Assembly: GCA_024137785.1 (NCBI GenBank)
Contig: JAHRHZ010000144.1
Location: 36,420,672-36,484,671 of the forward strand
Source: Ginglymostoma cirratum
Taxonomy: Eukaryota
DNA: 64,000 nucleotides
Direction of reading: 5' to 3'
This document shows, in pieces, positions 39,801-54,800 of this stretch. The translations under genes were made by a program, and so were the position numbers. Below the pieces are notes generated by a model. That model did not search any database. It worked only from the letters and a program-made list of their open reading frames with translations, and was not told where the DNA came from. How positions within the stretch are numbered: the first letter of the stretch is position 1; every line of letters begins with the position of its first letter.

Positions 39801-42800
39801 TCTAGACTGATGATTTGATTAGAAATGTCCTGTTGCATTCTTCATGGCAAAAGGTATGAAACTAAAACTTCTTTCACCCTGTTCCATATTCTAAACTCAT
39901 TCTGACTCGCACTTATCGGTTTGTTTATGCACCCCAATTTAAAGGGAACACAGATATTGTACCATTCATGTCATGAAGCTGGGAGCGCACAAGGGAAACT
40001 AGGGCCGAGAGGTTGGGTATAATCTTAGTTTCAAGGCCACATGACCATAAATTCTCCGTGTCACTTGACCAAATCCACTACCCAACCAGAGCCAAGGTAG
40101 AAGCCAGAATTTAGCGGCCTCCTGCACCTCCTGGCCCAGATGGAACCTGAAATTGAATCTAATTACTTACTCTCTTCTAGCCCATGTTTCTCCTCCCAGC
40201 AGGTCTGACTTGATTGAAAAACTAACAATGCTTCCTTGCTCAAACCTCCAACCAATGGTGCAGCTGGACTGCATATTTAAAGCAAAATGCTGCATAACCC
40301 ACCAACTGAAAATCTTGTTCCTGGAGTGGAGAACAAGTGCTAGCCCCAGGAGCAGGAATTATTATCCAGAGCTATGGAGAGCAACAAAGAGTAGGGTCTT
40401 GAATGAGGAGTAAATGAAGCCAGAGATCTGGCTGTGGAGCAATAAGGAACTATCTTAGTGCCTGAAGGAAATATAGCTTGGGGAAAAAAAGCTTTTCAGT
40501 TTTGCTTGTTTATTTAGATGCCTTATACAGTTTTTTTTTGTTTTCCATCTCTAAAACAGCTGCTTAATCAAAAATAATTCAAGAATCCAAAAATAATCCA
40601 TGCTATACTTACTAAAATACCAGCTTTTTTTTCAAAAATCACTCTACCTTGCCTCTTCCAATTTCATCCCTTGCAATAAGTGTGAGGAGCTCAGAGTTAT
40701 TAATGTCGCAAAGATCAAGATTGAACTAGTTTTTTCTCATGCCCTATCCTTTGGAACAAAATTTCCCAAAGATTTCCTACTGCCCTGGAGTCACGTCCTT
40801 CTTTAGATTGTATCCCATCTTCTCTCTTCCACCTAATCTCGTCCACCTCCAGCTCTCTTGATTCTGTTCCAACAATACTGTTCGCAACTCACTGTCTGTT
40901 ATGGGAAATTTAGATTTCTAGGCTCTAAGGGTTAAATAATATTTCCATAGTTCAATTGTAAAAACCGATAGTGAGTCTCCCACAGTGGATTATCTAAAAA
41001 TCAAACCAACACTGCTCTTACTGGGCCCCATGTTAACTGACATTTTGAATAGTTCCTTCTTCTCGGATAACATCCCAAACCCCCTTTAGATCCAGCATTA
41101 TCTCTCCTCTCCTCAAAAAAACCTTTTCTTGACACCTCTAATCTTGAAAATTATTGTTCCCTCCCTTTCTGCTCCAAGGTCCTGAAACGGCCCTTATTAG
41201 AGATACAAATTCTGTTTTTTATGAATGTGGTCATCTGCCCACCTCTTCACTCTTCCTTGATCTCTATGCAGATTTGTGCACAATAGACCACACCATCCCC
41301 CTCCTCTGGATCTCCTCCATTATCTAAGTCTCTGAATTTACCCTAACTTGGGTTCCAGTCTTATCCACTTGATTCCTGCCAGAAAGTGATCACCAATGGC
41401 TTCTCATCACTCTCTTGTTCCATTATCTCTGGACTTTCCCAATATTCTATTGTTGCTCCTCCCTTCTTTTTCTTATTGACATGCAACCCTTAGTGAAAAT
41501 ACATCATCTTTCCACACCTATGCTGATAACTGTGGGCACTGTCTGTGTACCTGTAACTGATTCATGTCTGTTCAAGAAATTAGTTCATCACCATCTTCTT
41601 AAGGGATGAATAATGTATGCTGGTCTTGCCAGCAACACTCATATCCCATGAATGATTTTTTTTAAATGACATTGAATTCTATGGCACTGTCGCATCCTTG
41701 GACTCCTCCACAGTTTCTGATTGGATATCAGATTAAAATCTGGAATTAAGAATTTACTCATGACCATGAAACCGTTGCCAATTGTCAGAAAAACCCATCT
41801 GGCTTGCTGATGTACTTTAGAGAAGGAAATCTGCCATCTTCACCTGGTCTGGCCTACATGCAACTCCAGATCCACCACAATGTGGTTGACACTCAACCGC
41901 CCTCTAAAATGGCCCAGCAAGCCACTCAGTTCAAAGGCAGCTGGGGACGGGCAATAATAAAAATGCTGGCCAGCCACAATGTCCATGTCCCATGAGTGAG
42001 TAAAAGATAAAGACAAGCAGCATGACATTTTTATATTCGTTTATGGGATGTGGGCTTCGCTGACTAGGCCAGCATTTATTGCCCGTCATTAGTTGCTGGG
42101 TGAGAAGTTAATAATCAGCCACGTTACTGTGGATCTGGAGTCACACGTAGGCCAGATCAGTTAAGAATGGCACACTTCCTTCCCTAAAGCATATGGGTGA
42201 ACAAGCTAGAACATGTTTCAAAAGTAGTTTGCTGTAAAATGTTTTGGAACATCTGGTAGCCACGAAAGGCATCGAATGAATAAATTGCTCCTTAAAGTCT
42301 ATCTCCTTGATTTAGATTTAGTTTTCCTATTATGATTTCTTCTTTCTCGGCTCAATATCAAGCATTTTTAAAAAACGAATGTTTCTCCTGTTAAGTGTCT
42401 TGTGGAGATTTTACTAAATCGGAGGCGTTATATAAATGCAGGTAGTTGAGGGATTTTCTGGTTAGTTGCTGAACTTGTGATTAGTTTTGTTTTGTTAAGG
42501 CTGAAAAGGATTAAATATGTAGCTGGATTTTGGCTGATCAGAATGTTTTTGAAGCTGGGAGAATGCAATTTTTGATAATTTCAACTTATTGAGCAATTCA
42601 CGAGCAAAAACAGTCTTGTCTTTATGATCATCACAGATGCCAGAATATTTGATAAACACAATGCATACAAATTGGCATGTGTATATTCATGTTTTGCTTT
42701 TAACAGAGTGAAAGGGCTTACTCCAAAGAAGAAGTATAAGTTCCGTGTTCTGGCAGAGAACTTAGCTGGTCCTGGCAAGCCGAGCCAAGAAACAGAACCA

Positions 42801-45800
42801 ATACTGGTTAAGGATCCAATTGGTATGTGCACATTTTCAATTCAAATTTCATAATTTTTTTTATATTGGAGTAAATTTTGGCACAAAGATTTTGCACACA
42901 ACCAAAATATACCGGAAATTGGTCCTGTAATATTCCGATATCCATTGGGTGTGTGCAAGGCCTGATAGAATTGAGCATATTTATGTTTACCTAAGCGTTG
43001 AACAGTAATTTTCATGTAAATTGATTTATAGACCCACCATGGCCTCCTGGAAAACCTAATGTTAAAGATGTGATGAAGACGTCAGCGTTCCTGAATTGGA
43101 CGAAACCAGAACATGATGGAGGAGCAAAGATTGAGTCTTACATTGTTGAGTTGCTGAAGAGTGGAACAGAGGATTGGGTTAGAGTAGCTGAAGGTGTTCC
43201 AAACCCTGAATATTTCCTGAAAGGACTGATGGAAAAACAAGAATACTCGTTCCGTGTTAGAGCAGTAAACAAAGCCGGTGAAAGTGAGCCCAGTGAACCC
43301 AGTGATCCTGTGCTGTGCAAGGATAGATTAAGTAAGTTTTACTCAATTTATAGGCTATATGTATTGCATATCAACTTTGGATAACTTTGGAAAATGCAAA
43401 AAATCTTTTTGTTTCTTTAAATACAAGAGTTGTTTACTTCCACACAGATCCTCCTTCGCCTCCACGTTGGCTACAGGTTGTTAACATCACAAAAAATACT
43501 GCTGATCTTAAATGGACACCTCCAGAAAAGGATGGTGGCTCTCCAATAACAAACTATATAGTGGAAAAAAGGGATGTAAGACGAAAAGGCTGGCAAACTG
43601 TTGATACAACAGTAAAAGATACCAAGTACACAGTTACACCTCTTTCAGAAGGTTCTCTGTATGTGTTCAGGGTTGCTGCGGAAAATGCAGTTGGACAGAG
43701 TGAATACTGTGAACTGGAAGATTCAGTACTTGCTAAAGATACCTTCAGTAAGTTCTTCAGTAATTATGAATTTCTCTTGCCCTCTGCATAATTATTTCCT
43801 TCTTTGAGTTCTTTACGTCTGACATATATATTTTGATTTCTCTCCAGCAACTCCTGGGCCACCATATGCTCTTACAGTCGTGGATGTAACCAAGAGACAT
43901 GTTGAACTGAAATGGGAAGCTCCCAAAAATGATGGTGGACGGCCAATACAGAGGTTATTATAGTTTTTGTTTAATTATTCAGCACACTTTAAACACATTA
44001 CAGTTTCTTTTTACAACATATGCTGATGAGTCCCGTGCAATGTTTGTACAGGTATGTAATTGAAAAGAAAGAGAAATTAGGAACTCGCTGGGTTAAAGCT
44101 GGCAAGACTGCAGGACCAGAATGCAATTATAGAGTCACTGATGTAATCGAGGGCACCGAAGTTCAATTCCAAGTTCGTGCTGAGAATGAAGCTGGCTGCG
44201 GGCATCCAAGTGAACCAACTGATATGCTTACAATTGAAGACCCAACTAGTGAGTAGAAATTAAAATTAAAAACAGTATCACATGAATCACTTTGAATTTT
44301 GAAAACAAATTGCAGGTAAAATTTAATGTAATTTTGTTGTATCCAGGTCCCCCATCTCCTCCTCTCGAATTACACGTGACAGATGCAAGCAGAGATCACA
44401 TATCTATTGAATGGAAACCACCAGACAAAAATGGCGGTAGTCCCATTATTGGCTATCATATTGAACTTTGTGAACCAGGAACAGAGAAATGGATGAGAAT
44501 TAATTCTCGCCCAGTCAAGGATCTGAAATATAAAGCAGTAGAAGGCGTCATCCCTGATAAAGAGTACATCTTCAGAGTTAGGGCTGTGAATGCCATTGGA
44601 GCAAGTGATCCATCTGAAATTTCAGAAAACGTTGTGGCGAAAGATTCTGACTGTAAGAGTTGATGTCTCTTAAAATGGCTTCTTCCTCAATCTTAAGTTG
44701 TTCTTTGATAAATAAAACAACATTTTGCATTAAAATTTTGAAAAATTACTTTAATAGGTAATCCAAGCATCGAAGTGCAGACTCAAGATATAACTGTCGT
44801 GGAGGGTGAGAAATTGAACATCCCTGTAACCTTTAGAGCTGTACCAACGCCAACAATTACATGGTATAAGAACGGACAGGAATTTAAAGCAGATGACAGG
44901 GTGACTATGAAGAGTGCCTATACCCTTGCATCCCTTGAGATTACAAACAGTGTACACGCTGATGCTGGTGTCTATACTATTAATTTGGAAAACAAACTGG
45001 GTACAACAACAGGCACCATCAATGTTAAAGTCATAGGTAAATATTCTGAAGTGAAATGGAGGGAAACCTGCTTGTTTATTTCCTTATCTGAGAAGCTTAT
45101 TTTTAGACTGACATAATACATTTTTCTTTGTTTTAATTAAGGATTGCCTGGTCAATGTAAAGATATCAGAGCAAGTGATATCACCAAGAGTTCTTGCAAA
45201 ATAACCTGGGATCCTCCAGAGTACGACGGTGGCAGCCCAATTCTTCATTACGTTCTTCAACGTCGTGAGGCTGGCAGAAGAACATATACACCAGTAATGT
45301 CTGGTGAGAATAAACTAAGCTGGCCAGTAAAGGATCTTATTCCAAATTGTGAATACTATTTCCGCGTAAAGGCTGTGAACAAAATTGGTGGTGGTGAATA
45401 CACTGAACTTCGCAGCCCTGTTATCGCAGAGGATCCAAAGCGTAAGTATTCTGGGAGAAAAGTCATCATTGGACAACATGTATTGATATAGCCGATAATC
45501 ACTGTGATACGTTGAATACTTATTTATGGTTGTAATTTTCCTTAGAACGCCCCGATCCACCAGTCGACCTGGAGGCCCAGGATCCAACTTCAAAATCAGT
45601 AACACTCACGTGGAAACCTCCTCTTTATGACGGTGGCTGCAAAATCATGGGCTATATCATAGAAAAACTAGCTAAAGGAAGTGAGGAATGGGAGAGGTGC
45701 AATGAGTATTTGGTTCCTGTTCTGTCCTACACTGTAAAAAATCTTACGGAAGGAAAGGAATACCAGTACCGTGCACGTGCTGAGAATATTGCTGGAATCA

Positions 45801-48800
45801 GTGATCCTTCAAGAATAACTCCAGGAATCAAAGCAGTGGACCCAATCGGTGAGTATTTTCTTCGCATGTGAGGCTCCAAAAAGCCATTAAATGGGTCATA
45901 ACCTAAATGCTTTACTTTTATAAATGACCAGCTGAGGAAACAATTATGCAGTAATTTGAAGGCTGAGCAATTCAGCAAGGAGAGATTTTTTTTAACAATT
46001 ATTCTGCTTTCCTCTACAGATCCACCAAAAGTTATCCTTGTTGGAAACGTTCAGTTTGGATTAAATGTCAGAAGAGGCGATGAAATTAGTCTTCTGGCCC
46101 ATATTTCTGGATCTCCTTATCCAACTGTGACATGGCTTCGAAACGATGAAGTAATTAGACCTGAAGAAATCAAAAAGAGAGTAGTAAAACTAATACCAGC
46201 GAGGAAGAAGGAAGCTGTAGTTGAGGAACCATTTTCTCTCAGCTTACCAGAACGTTTAACTGTTGATAATAGCAGAAGAGGAGAGTCCCAAATGATGGTT
46301 CGTGATTCCATCAGAAAAGACCATGGAAAATTTACTATCAGAGTAGAAAACGATCACGGTGTTGCCCATGCCAGTTGCGATGTTAATGTCCTAGGTATGA
46401 TGTAATACAAATTTTTCATTAATGTTACATTATTATTTTATAAACATTCAAGTAAGGAGCAGAGGTATCTCGAACTCGCTGTACCATTTAATAAGATCAT
46501 ACCTGATCTGCTTGTTTTTCCAAATTCCACATTCTCATCCAACCCCAATAACCTTTGATTCCACTGGCTAACAAAAACCTATCTATCTTTACCTTAACAA
46601 TATTTAATGACCCCTCTTCACCTGCCTTCTGAGGTGGAGTCCCAAGGTCAAACAGCCCTTTTAGAGAAAAGTATTCTCCTCATCGATGTGCTAAAAGAGA
46701 AGCCACTCATTTTTAAACAGTGCCTCGCGTTCTCTACTGAGTCGAAGAGAAAATAGCATTTCTGCGTTCTCCTTGTAAAGCCATTCAGATTCTTATATTC
46801 TTTCATCAACTTACCCCTCACCCTTCTAAACTCCACTGCAAAAAGGCCAGTCTGTCCAACTGCTTCTATTAGACAGCCTCTTCATTCCAGGAATCAATTT
46901 TGTAAACCTCCTATGAACGACTTCCAATGCATTTAGATCCGACTTTAAACAAGGGGACAGAAACAACACCCAGTAATCTAGGTGTGCTCTCTTCAATGCC
47001 CTGTATAACTAAGCATAACATTTCCACTGTTATGTTCAATTGCTTTCATAAAAAAAAGGCAAACTATTAGTCTGCTCAATTACCTGTCTGTATTTGAATA
47101 TTCATTATTTCTGACTCATGCAGTAGAACCCACTGAACCTCAAAATTCTGTAGTCATCTGTTTAGGGAAACCTCTGCTTTTAAATTCTTCCTGCTAAAAT
47201 AAACAACTACACTTTTTATTATATTACGCTCCATCTGTAGGTTTTTGCAGATGCATTCAACCTATTTATATCAGTGTACAACCTTCTTACAATAACACAG
47301 TGTGGAGCGAGAGGAACACAGCAGGCCAGGCAGCATCAGAGGAGCAGGAAAGCTGACGTGTTGGGTCAGGACCCTTCCTCCAGCTCCACTCTGTGTTATA
47401 TCTGACTCCAGCATCAGCAGTTCTTACTATCTCTGAGTGAGTTACAACCTTCTCATGCCCTTCTTTTCCTACCTATCTTTGTATCATCTACAAATTTAGC
47501 TACCATGCCTTCACTCGTCTCTTCTGAGCAATTAGACCAGAAGAAATACAGGAACAGAGTTAAGCCATTTGGGCAATTGAGTCTGCTCTGCCATTCTAAC
47601 ATGGCTGATATGTTTCTCAACCTGCCTTCTCCCCATCATCTTTGATCCCCTTACTAATCGAGAACCTATCAATCTCTGTCTTGAAGACAATGGTTTTGCC
47701 TCCATAGCCCTCTGCTGCAATGAGTTCCACAGATTCAACACCCTCTGGCTGAAGAAATTCCTCCTCCTCTTGATTCTAAAGGGTCTGACATTCACCCTGA
47801 GGCTGTGCCTTCAGACCCTGGTCTCTCCTACTAGTGAAAACATCTTCTCCACACCCAATCTACCCTGGGCTCTCAGTATTCTGTCAGTTTCAACGAGATC
47901 CCCTTCATCCTCATAAACACCATTGAGTTTGGACCCAGAGTCTCAACCACTCTTCATATGACAAGCCCTTCATTCCCAGGATCATTCTTGTATACCTTCC
48001 CTGGACCCAATGCCAGCATATCCTTTCTTCAGTACAGGGCCCAAAACTGCTCACAATGTGCCAAATATGGTCTGACCATAACCGTATACAGCCTAAGCAG
48101 TACATCCTTCCTTTGTCTTCTTGCCCTGTTGAAGTGAGAGCAACATTGCTTTTGCTATCCTAACTGCTAACTGAACCTGCATGTTAGCCATCAGAGAATC
48201 CTGAACTAGGACTCCTAAATCACTTTGTGATTGAGATTTATGAAGTCTTTCCCCATTTAGGAAATAGTCTACACTTCTATTCTTCCTGCCATAATCTCAT
48301 ACTTTCTCACATTGTACTCCATCTTCCAATTCTTTGTCCACTGTCCTAGCCTCTCTGAGTCTTGCTACAGCATTCCTGATTCCTCAACGCTACCTGTCCC
48401 TCCACCTATCTTTGTGTTGTCTGCAAAACTTAGGAACAATGTCCTCAATTTCTTTGTCCAGATCTTTAACGTATAACATGAATAGCTGTAGTTCCAAAAC
48501 TGAGCCCTGCAGAATTCTACTAGTCACCAGGTGCCATTCTGAAAAAGACCTCTTTATCCCCACCCTGTGCCTTCTGCCAGTCAATCCCCTGTTTATCCAA
48601 GTATCTTGACCTAGCACCACGGGATCTTGTCTTATTTAGCGGCCACCTGTGTGGCATGTTGCCGAAAGCCTTCTGGAAATCTAAATTGGTCATGTCCATT
48701 CACTCTCCTTTGTTTAACTTGCTCATTACCACCTCAAATAATTTTAACAGATTTGTCAGGCATGACCCCTCCTTAATGAAGCCATGCTGACTCAGCCCTG

Positions 48801-51800
48801 TTGTACCATGCACTTCCAAGTATTCCTCAATCTCATCCTTAATAATGGACTCTAAAATCTCACCAACGACCAAGGTCAGCTAACCAGTGTATAATTTCCT
48901 GTCTTCTGCCTCCTTCCCTTCTTAAACAGGGATGTTACATTAGTCATTTTCCAGTTCTCTGGGGCTCTCCCTAACTCCAGTGATTCCTAAAAGATTTTTC
49001 CTGAAAGAAGCCCTTCAGCTTCACTAGAATCTACTCCTTAGTAATGCCCACTACACTCACCTCTGCCTCCTGTCTCTCTTGAAGTTCTGGTATGCTTCTG
49101 GTGTCTTCTACCATGAAAACTGATGCTAGGTACCTGTTCAGTTCCACTGCCACTTCTTTATTCCCTGTTACTACTTCTCCAGCCTCATTTTCCAGCTGTC
49201 CAATGTTCACCCTTGCCTCACTCTTACCTTTTATATATCTGAAAAATCTTCTGCAATCTGCATTTGTATTACTGGCTAGCTTGCCCTAATATTTTATCTT
49301 CTCCCCCCCACCACCCCTTATTGCTTTTTATGCTGCCCTCTGCTGGTTTTAAAGGCTTCCCAATCCTCTGGCTTCTCACTAATCTTCACTACATTGTATG
49401 CTTTGTCTTTTGCTTTTATTCCGTCCCTGACATAAATTAATAAAAATTAAAAATCTGTCGTCCCAGGACAGAACCATTCTGCCAAGACCCATTTACACAC
49501 GCTCTCTGTTTTTTGCCATCATGCTAATACATTATCGCTTACACCATGTGCTTTTACTTTAAACAATAGTCTTTTATGGGGTACCTTGTCAAACTGCATT
49601 CCAGAAAAGTACAGAAGGACAGCAAGTTCCCCATTATCCACAGAACATGTTACTCCTTTGGAGAGCCCCACTAGATTGTTAACTGGGATTTCCCTTTCAT
49701 AGAACCATGCTGGCTCTTCTTGATTACATTTTTGTTTGAAGAGCTATGCTATTGCCTCCTTAATGATAAATTCTGGCATCTTTTATTTTATTAATTCACA
49801 GGACGTGGACGTCAGTGGCAAGGCTAGTGTTTATTGCCCATCCCTAATTTGCCCAGAGGACAGTTGAGAATCACCATGAGAGAAGTCAAACTATCTCGCC
49901 ATTAATTGTAATTTGATTTGCAGTTGCCAAAATGCAAACATATACTGTTGTCACTATAAGCATAATTTATGAATTTTGTATTTGGCATTCTAGACACACC
50001 TGGTCCACCGGTCAACTTCATATTTGAGGACGCTAGAAAAAATTCTGTCATGTGCATATGGGATCCTCCTTTGGATGATGGCGGTAGTGAGATTCTTAAT
50101 TATATCTTGGAGAAGAAAGATAATTCCAAAGCTGAACTCAGCTGGATTTCCATTACATCAACTCTTAGACATTGCAAATATCATGTGACAAAACTTATTG
50201 AAGGAAAAGATTACATTTTCCGTGTGGCAGCAGAAAATAAATTTGGTCCTGGTCCATTTTGTGTCTCAGAGCCATATGCTGCCAAAGATCCATTTGGTAA
50301 GTTATGACATTTCTTTCCCAAATTCATCATCGTATAGATCACAATGCTTAAAGTTATTTTAAAGTTTTACTTGTCACAATCATCGTTGAAAAAAATTACT
50401 TTGTTGATATAGTTTACTTTCCAACTTTTATGGCAATAATTCTTGATATCAACCTGTTGATAAATGTATAGCAATTTATTCATCCTTGTCATTTCTGATT
50501 TAGATCCTCCTGAGGCCCCTGATAAACCTGAAGTGGTGGATGTTTCTAGAAATAGCATGGTTGTTACATGGAAAGAGCCAAAAGATAATGGTAGTCCTAT
50601 TTTAGGCTACTGGGTTGAAAAGAGAGAAATTAACAGTACGCATTGGACCCGCGTCAATAAAAACTTGTTAAATGCTCTCGAAGTAAAAGCTGAAGGCCTC
50701 ATGGAAGGATTAACATATATATTCAGAGTCTGTGCCGAAAATGCAGCTGGCCCTGGAAAATTCAGTCCACCTTCAGATCCCAAGATAGCACGGGACCCAA
50801 TTTGTAAGTACTGGCTTAACAATAGCTGACAAACTAAAACGCAGAACATTTTTTTCATGCACGCCTTGTTTGTTTCACAATTAATATTGCATTCCTTTTC
50901 CTTTTTAAGTGCCACCTGGGCCACCAATACCTAGCGTCCTGGATACAACTGCAACATCAATAGAAGTAATCTGGGACCCTCCAGTCTATGATGGTGGGGG
51001 TGAAATCAATGGTTATCATGTTGACAAGCAACTTGTTGGATCAAAGGAATGGTCACGCTGCACAGATAGAATTGTTAAAGACCGCAAGTTCACAGTCTTT
51101 GGGGTTAGGGAAGATGCAGATTATATCATTCGTGTGACAGCAGTCAATAATGCAGGGGAAGGAGCTCCTGGTCTGACTAATGCCGTAACTGTCATGGATC
51201 CAAGAGGTAATGAAGACTGGGCAAAAAGCTTGTGATTTGTTTGTATTTTTGAATTTTATCTTTGTTTTTATATAAAACACATCTTTTTGTTTTTAGAGCC
51301 TCCAGTGGTAGAGTTTCATGAAAGTGTGAAAGGAGGTGTTCTAAAACTAGCTGGAGAAACACTCAGACTTCCTGCCATAGTAACAGGTCGACCGCCTCCA
51401 GAAATTAAATGGAGCAAGGAAGAAGGCAAACTTGATGAAAGCCGGGTTGTTATTGAAACAGTTGGTACCAACACAGAATTAATCATAAAACCTGCACAAA
51501 GAAGGGATTTTGGCAGATACATGGTCACTGGTACAAACAGCAGTGGCAGCAAAACTGCATGGACTCGAGTGGACATCGTAGGTAAGACATATAAATTAAT
51601 GAAACAAGCTTGAAGTAGGTTAGTATTCTACATCAATACCTTGGCTGTATCTAAATCGTGTATCACATCTTTCTCCTTCCAGATGTGCCTGGACCTATAC
51701 TGGATCTAAAACCTGTAGTTGTTACAAGAAAGATGATATTACTTAACTGGTCAGAACCTATAGATGATGGTGGTAGTGACATCATTGGCTACGTTGTTGA

Positions 51801-54800
51801 GAGAAAGGATGCAAAAATGCATTCCTGGAGACAACCGATGGAGACAGAAAAATCTAAGTGTGACATTGTTGGTCTTCTTGAAGGACAGGAATATATGTTC
51901 CGTATTTGTGCTAAAAACAAGTATGGCTGTGGTCCTGCTTCTACGCTTGGACCTATAGCTGCAGTTGATCCCTTAGGTAAGATATGAGGTGAACAGAAGA
52001 ACTAAATAATTTCTGTGCATGTGTGTCACATGTTTGAATTGAAAATGTGTTTTAATTATAGGCCCACCAACGTCGCCTGAGAAATTTACATGCACAGAAA
52101 GGACAAAGTCAACAGTCACACTTACTTGGAAACCTCCACGAAATGATGGTGGTCGCCCTGTTTTGGGATACTTTGTTGAAAAGAAGAAACATGACCAGCC
52201 TACGTTTGAGAGAGCTAACCAAGTGATCTGTCCAGATACAACTTTTGTGGTTGAGGATCTAGAAGACCTAAACATGTATGATTTCCGTGTCAGAGCTGTC
52301 AATGAAATTGGAGAAAGTGAACCGTCAATTACTCTTAATGTAATAGTGCAAGATGATGAAGGTAGATGCACTTGTTTAATGGTTTTGGCTTGTGCTCCTA
52401 TATCTTTGTGTTAAAAATATAAGTTTTTCTTCCAAACTTTCATAATTTTGCAACATCTTTATTCTTGTTTGAATTGCTTTTTGTTCCAACAGTGCCTCCA
52501 ATTGTAAGACTACGGCTGAAAGTTAAGAAAAGTGTTATTGCTGTGAAAGCTGGTGAGCCAATTGACATTCCAGCTGAGGTGGAAGGCCTTCCTTTCCCCA
52601 AAATTGAATGGAGTAAAGGTGAAACAGTCATAGAAAAACCAACTGACCGACAGAAGATAGAAACTAAAGTCACTTCAAGATCAACTGGAGATACTAAGTT
52701 CAGTATTCCTGTAGCTGTTCGTCAGGATACAAATACTTACACTGTTACTGCTTCAAACCGCCTTGGAACAGCATCCCAATCTGTGGATGTTAATGTTCTA
52801 GGTGAGAAAGTGAAACAAATGCAACAAAGAATTTGAGAGAATATTATGAAGCTTGTATAAGAAACTCTGAAAAAGTGACTGTGTCAATTTAAATATTGAT
52901 TAATGGTGAACTTTATTTTTAACTTTAGATAAGCCTTCACCACCAAGAAATGTTAAAGTTTCTGATATCAAAGCAGAATCCTGCTATCTAACGTGGGATG
53001 CTCCTGAGGACAATGGTGGCAGTGAAATAACTAACTATATTGTTGATAAGCGTGATGCAAGCAAGAAGAAATCTGAATGGGAGGAGATCACAAATTATAT
53101 TATTGAAAGACGATATGGCGTAATGTCTCTTTTTCACATTATTTCACTAAGTCAATGTTTTCACAATCTATCTAAATGCATTTAGTAGATGTCGTTTGTG
53201 TAACCAAGTTTTCTTCTGCTTAGGTATGGAAACTGACGACTGATGGACAATATCAGTTTAGAGTTAGAGCAGAAAACAAGTATGGAATTAGTGACGGCTG
53301 TATGTCTGATAAAGTGACAATCAAAGATCCATTTGGCCTTCCAGGACCACCAAGTAAACCAAAAGTGTCTGATATTACAAGGTCATCAATGCTTGTATCT
53401 TGGGAGCCACCACTGGACAATGGTGGTTCTCCAATCACAGGCTACTATATTGAAAAGAGAGAGGTTGGTGGCGTGTATTGGTCACGTGTCAACAGAGCTC
53501 CTGTGACAAAGCCAGCTGTAAGGGGCCAAAACTTCAATGTTCTTCGCTTGCTGGAAGGTGTTGAGTATCAGTTCAGAGTCATGGCTGTAAATGCAGCTGG
53601 AGTTGGACCACCTAGTGAACCTTCTGACCCTGCTTTGGCAAGTGATCCTAAATGTAAGTTTAATTTCTCTAAGGTTTTGGAGTAGATTTGTAGCTCGGGT
53701 TGTGGGTGTTGAGGTTGGTTGGCTCGCCAAGTTGGTTTGTTGTTCTGCAGACCTTTCGTTACCGTGCTTGGTAACATCCTCAGTGCAGCCTCTGATGAAG
53801 CGTTGGTGTGTTTTCCTGCCTGGTTTTTAAACTCTGGGGTCCGTTGAGATGGATTGCCTCACTTCCGGGTTTCCTCCGTAATGGAATGTATATGGGGTCA
53901 AGTTCAATGTGTTTATTAATAGCCTGCTTCGTGGAGTGCCATGCTTCCAGGAATTCTCGTACCTGTCTCTGCCTAGCCTGTCCCAGGATCTTGGTGTTGT
54001 CCCAGTCGAAGTGGTGGTTCTCCTTGTCCATTTGGATTGAGATGAATGAGTACTGTTCGTGTCTTTTTGTAGCCAGTTGGTTTTCATGTACTCTTGTTTT
54101 TAGTTTCCTTCCTGTTTAATTAACAACAAGAGTACATGAACGCCAACTGGCTATAAAAAGACACAACCAATACTCACTCATTTCAATCCACATGGACAAG
54201 GAGAACCACCATTTCGACTGGATAACACCCAGATCCTGGGACAGGCTAGGCAGAGACAAGCACGAGAATTCCTGGAAGCATGGCACTCCACGAAGCAGGC
54301 TATTAATAAACACATTAAACTCAACCCCATATACATTCCACTACGGAGGAAACCCGGAAGTGAGGCAATCCATCGCAACGGACACCAGAGTTTAAAAACC
54401 AGGCAGGAAACCACACCAATGCTTCATCAGAGGCTGCACTGAGGATGTTACCCAGCATGGTGGCGAAACATCTGCGGAACAACAAACCAGCTCGGCGAGC
54501 CAACCAACCTCAACAAGTTTAATTTCTGGATATATACCTTCTTCATCTCAGTTAAAGAAATAACATTGATTAAAATGCTTACTAAAATAAATCTCCAAAA
54601 ATAACCTACAAACATTGATGAATATGATAATATTTGAACTAACTTAAGCAAGATAAAGTTTGCAAAATCGTAAAATGTTTTTGATGTTTCATTTTTCTGC
54701 TAAAGGCAAAGAAATAGCAAAAAAGGCAATACTGTAGAAAATACGGTAGATTAACATAAATATGACTTTTTTTTCCCTGAAGATCCACCAAGTGCTCCAT

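Larger units (their letters stand above)
53669..54514. mobile_element. Penelope-like retroelement, inverted double 3' fragment
   Basis: GIY-YIG C-terminal-type peptide (TRVHE..H.DKENHHFDW..REFLEAWHS..INKH) on both strands; 13-bp duplication aagtttaatttct at 53656-53668 and 54515-54527. Confidence 0.85.

Noticed and set aside
46140-46260. Long basic loop in Ig A4 as a lineage novelty
   Set aside because: Human titin has an equivalent loop (PEEIKKR..EEPF) as recalled, so it is not new.
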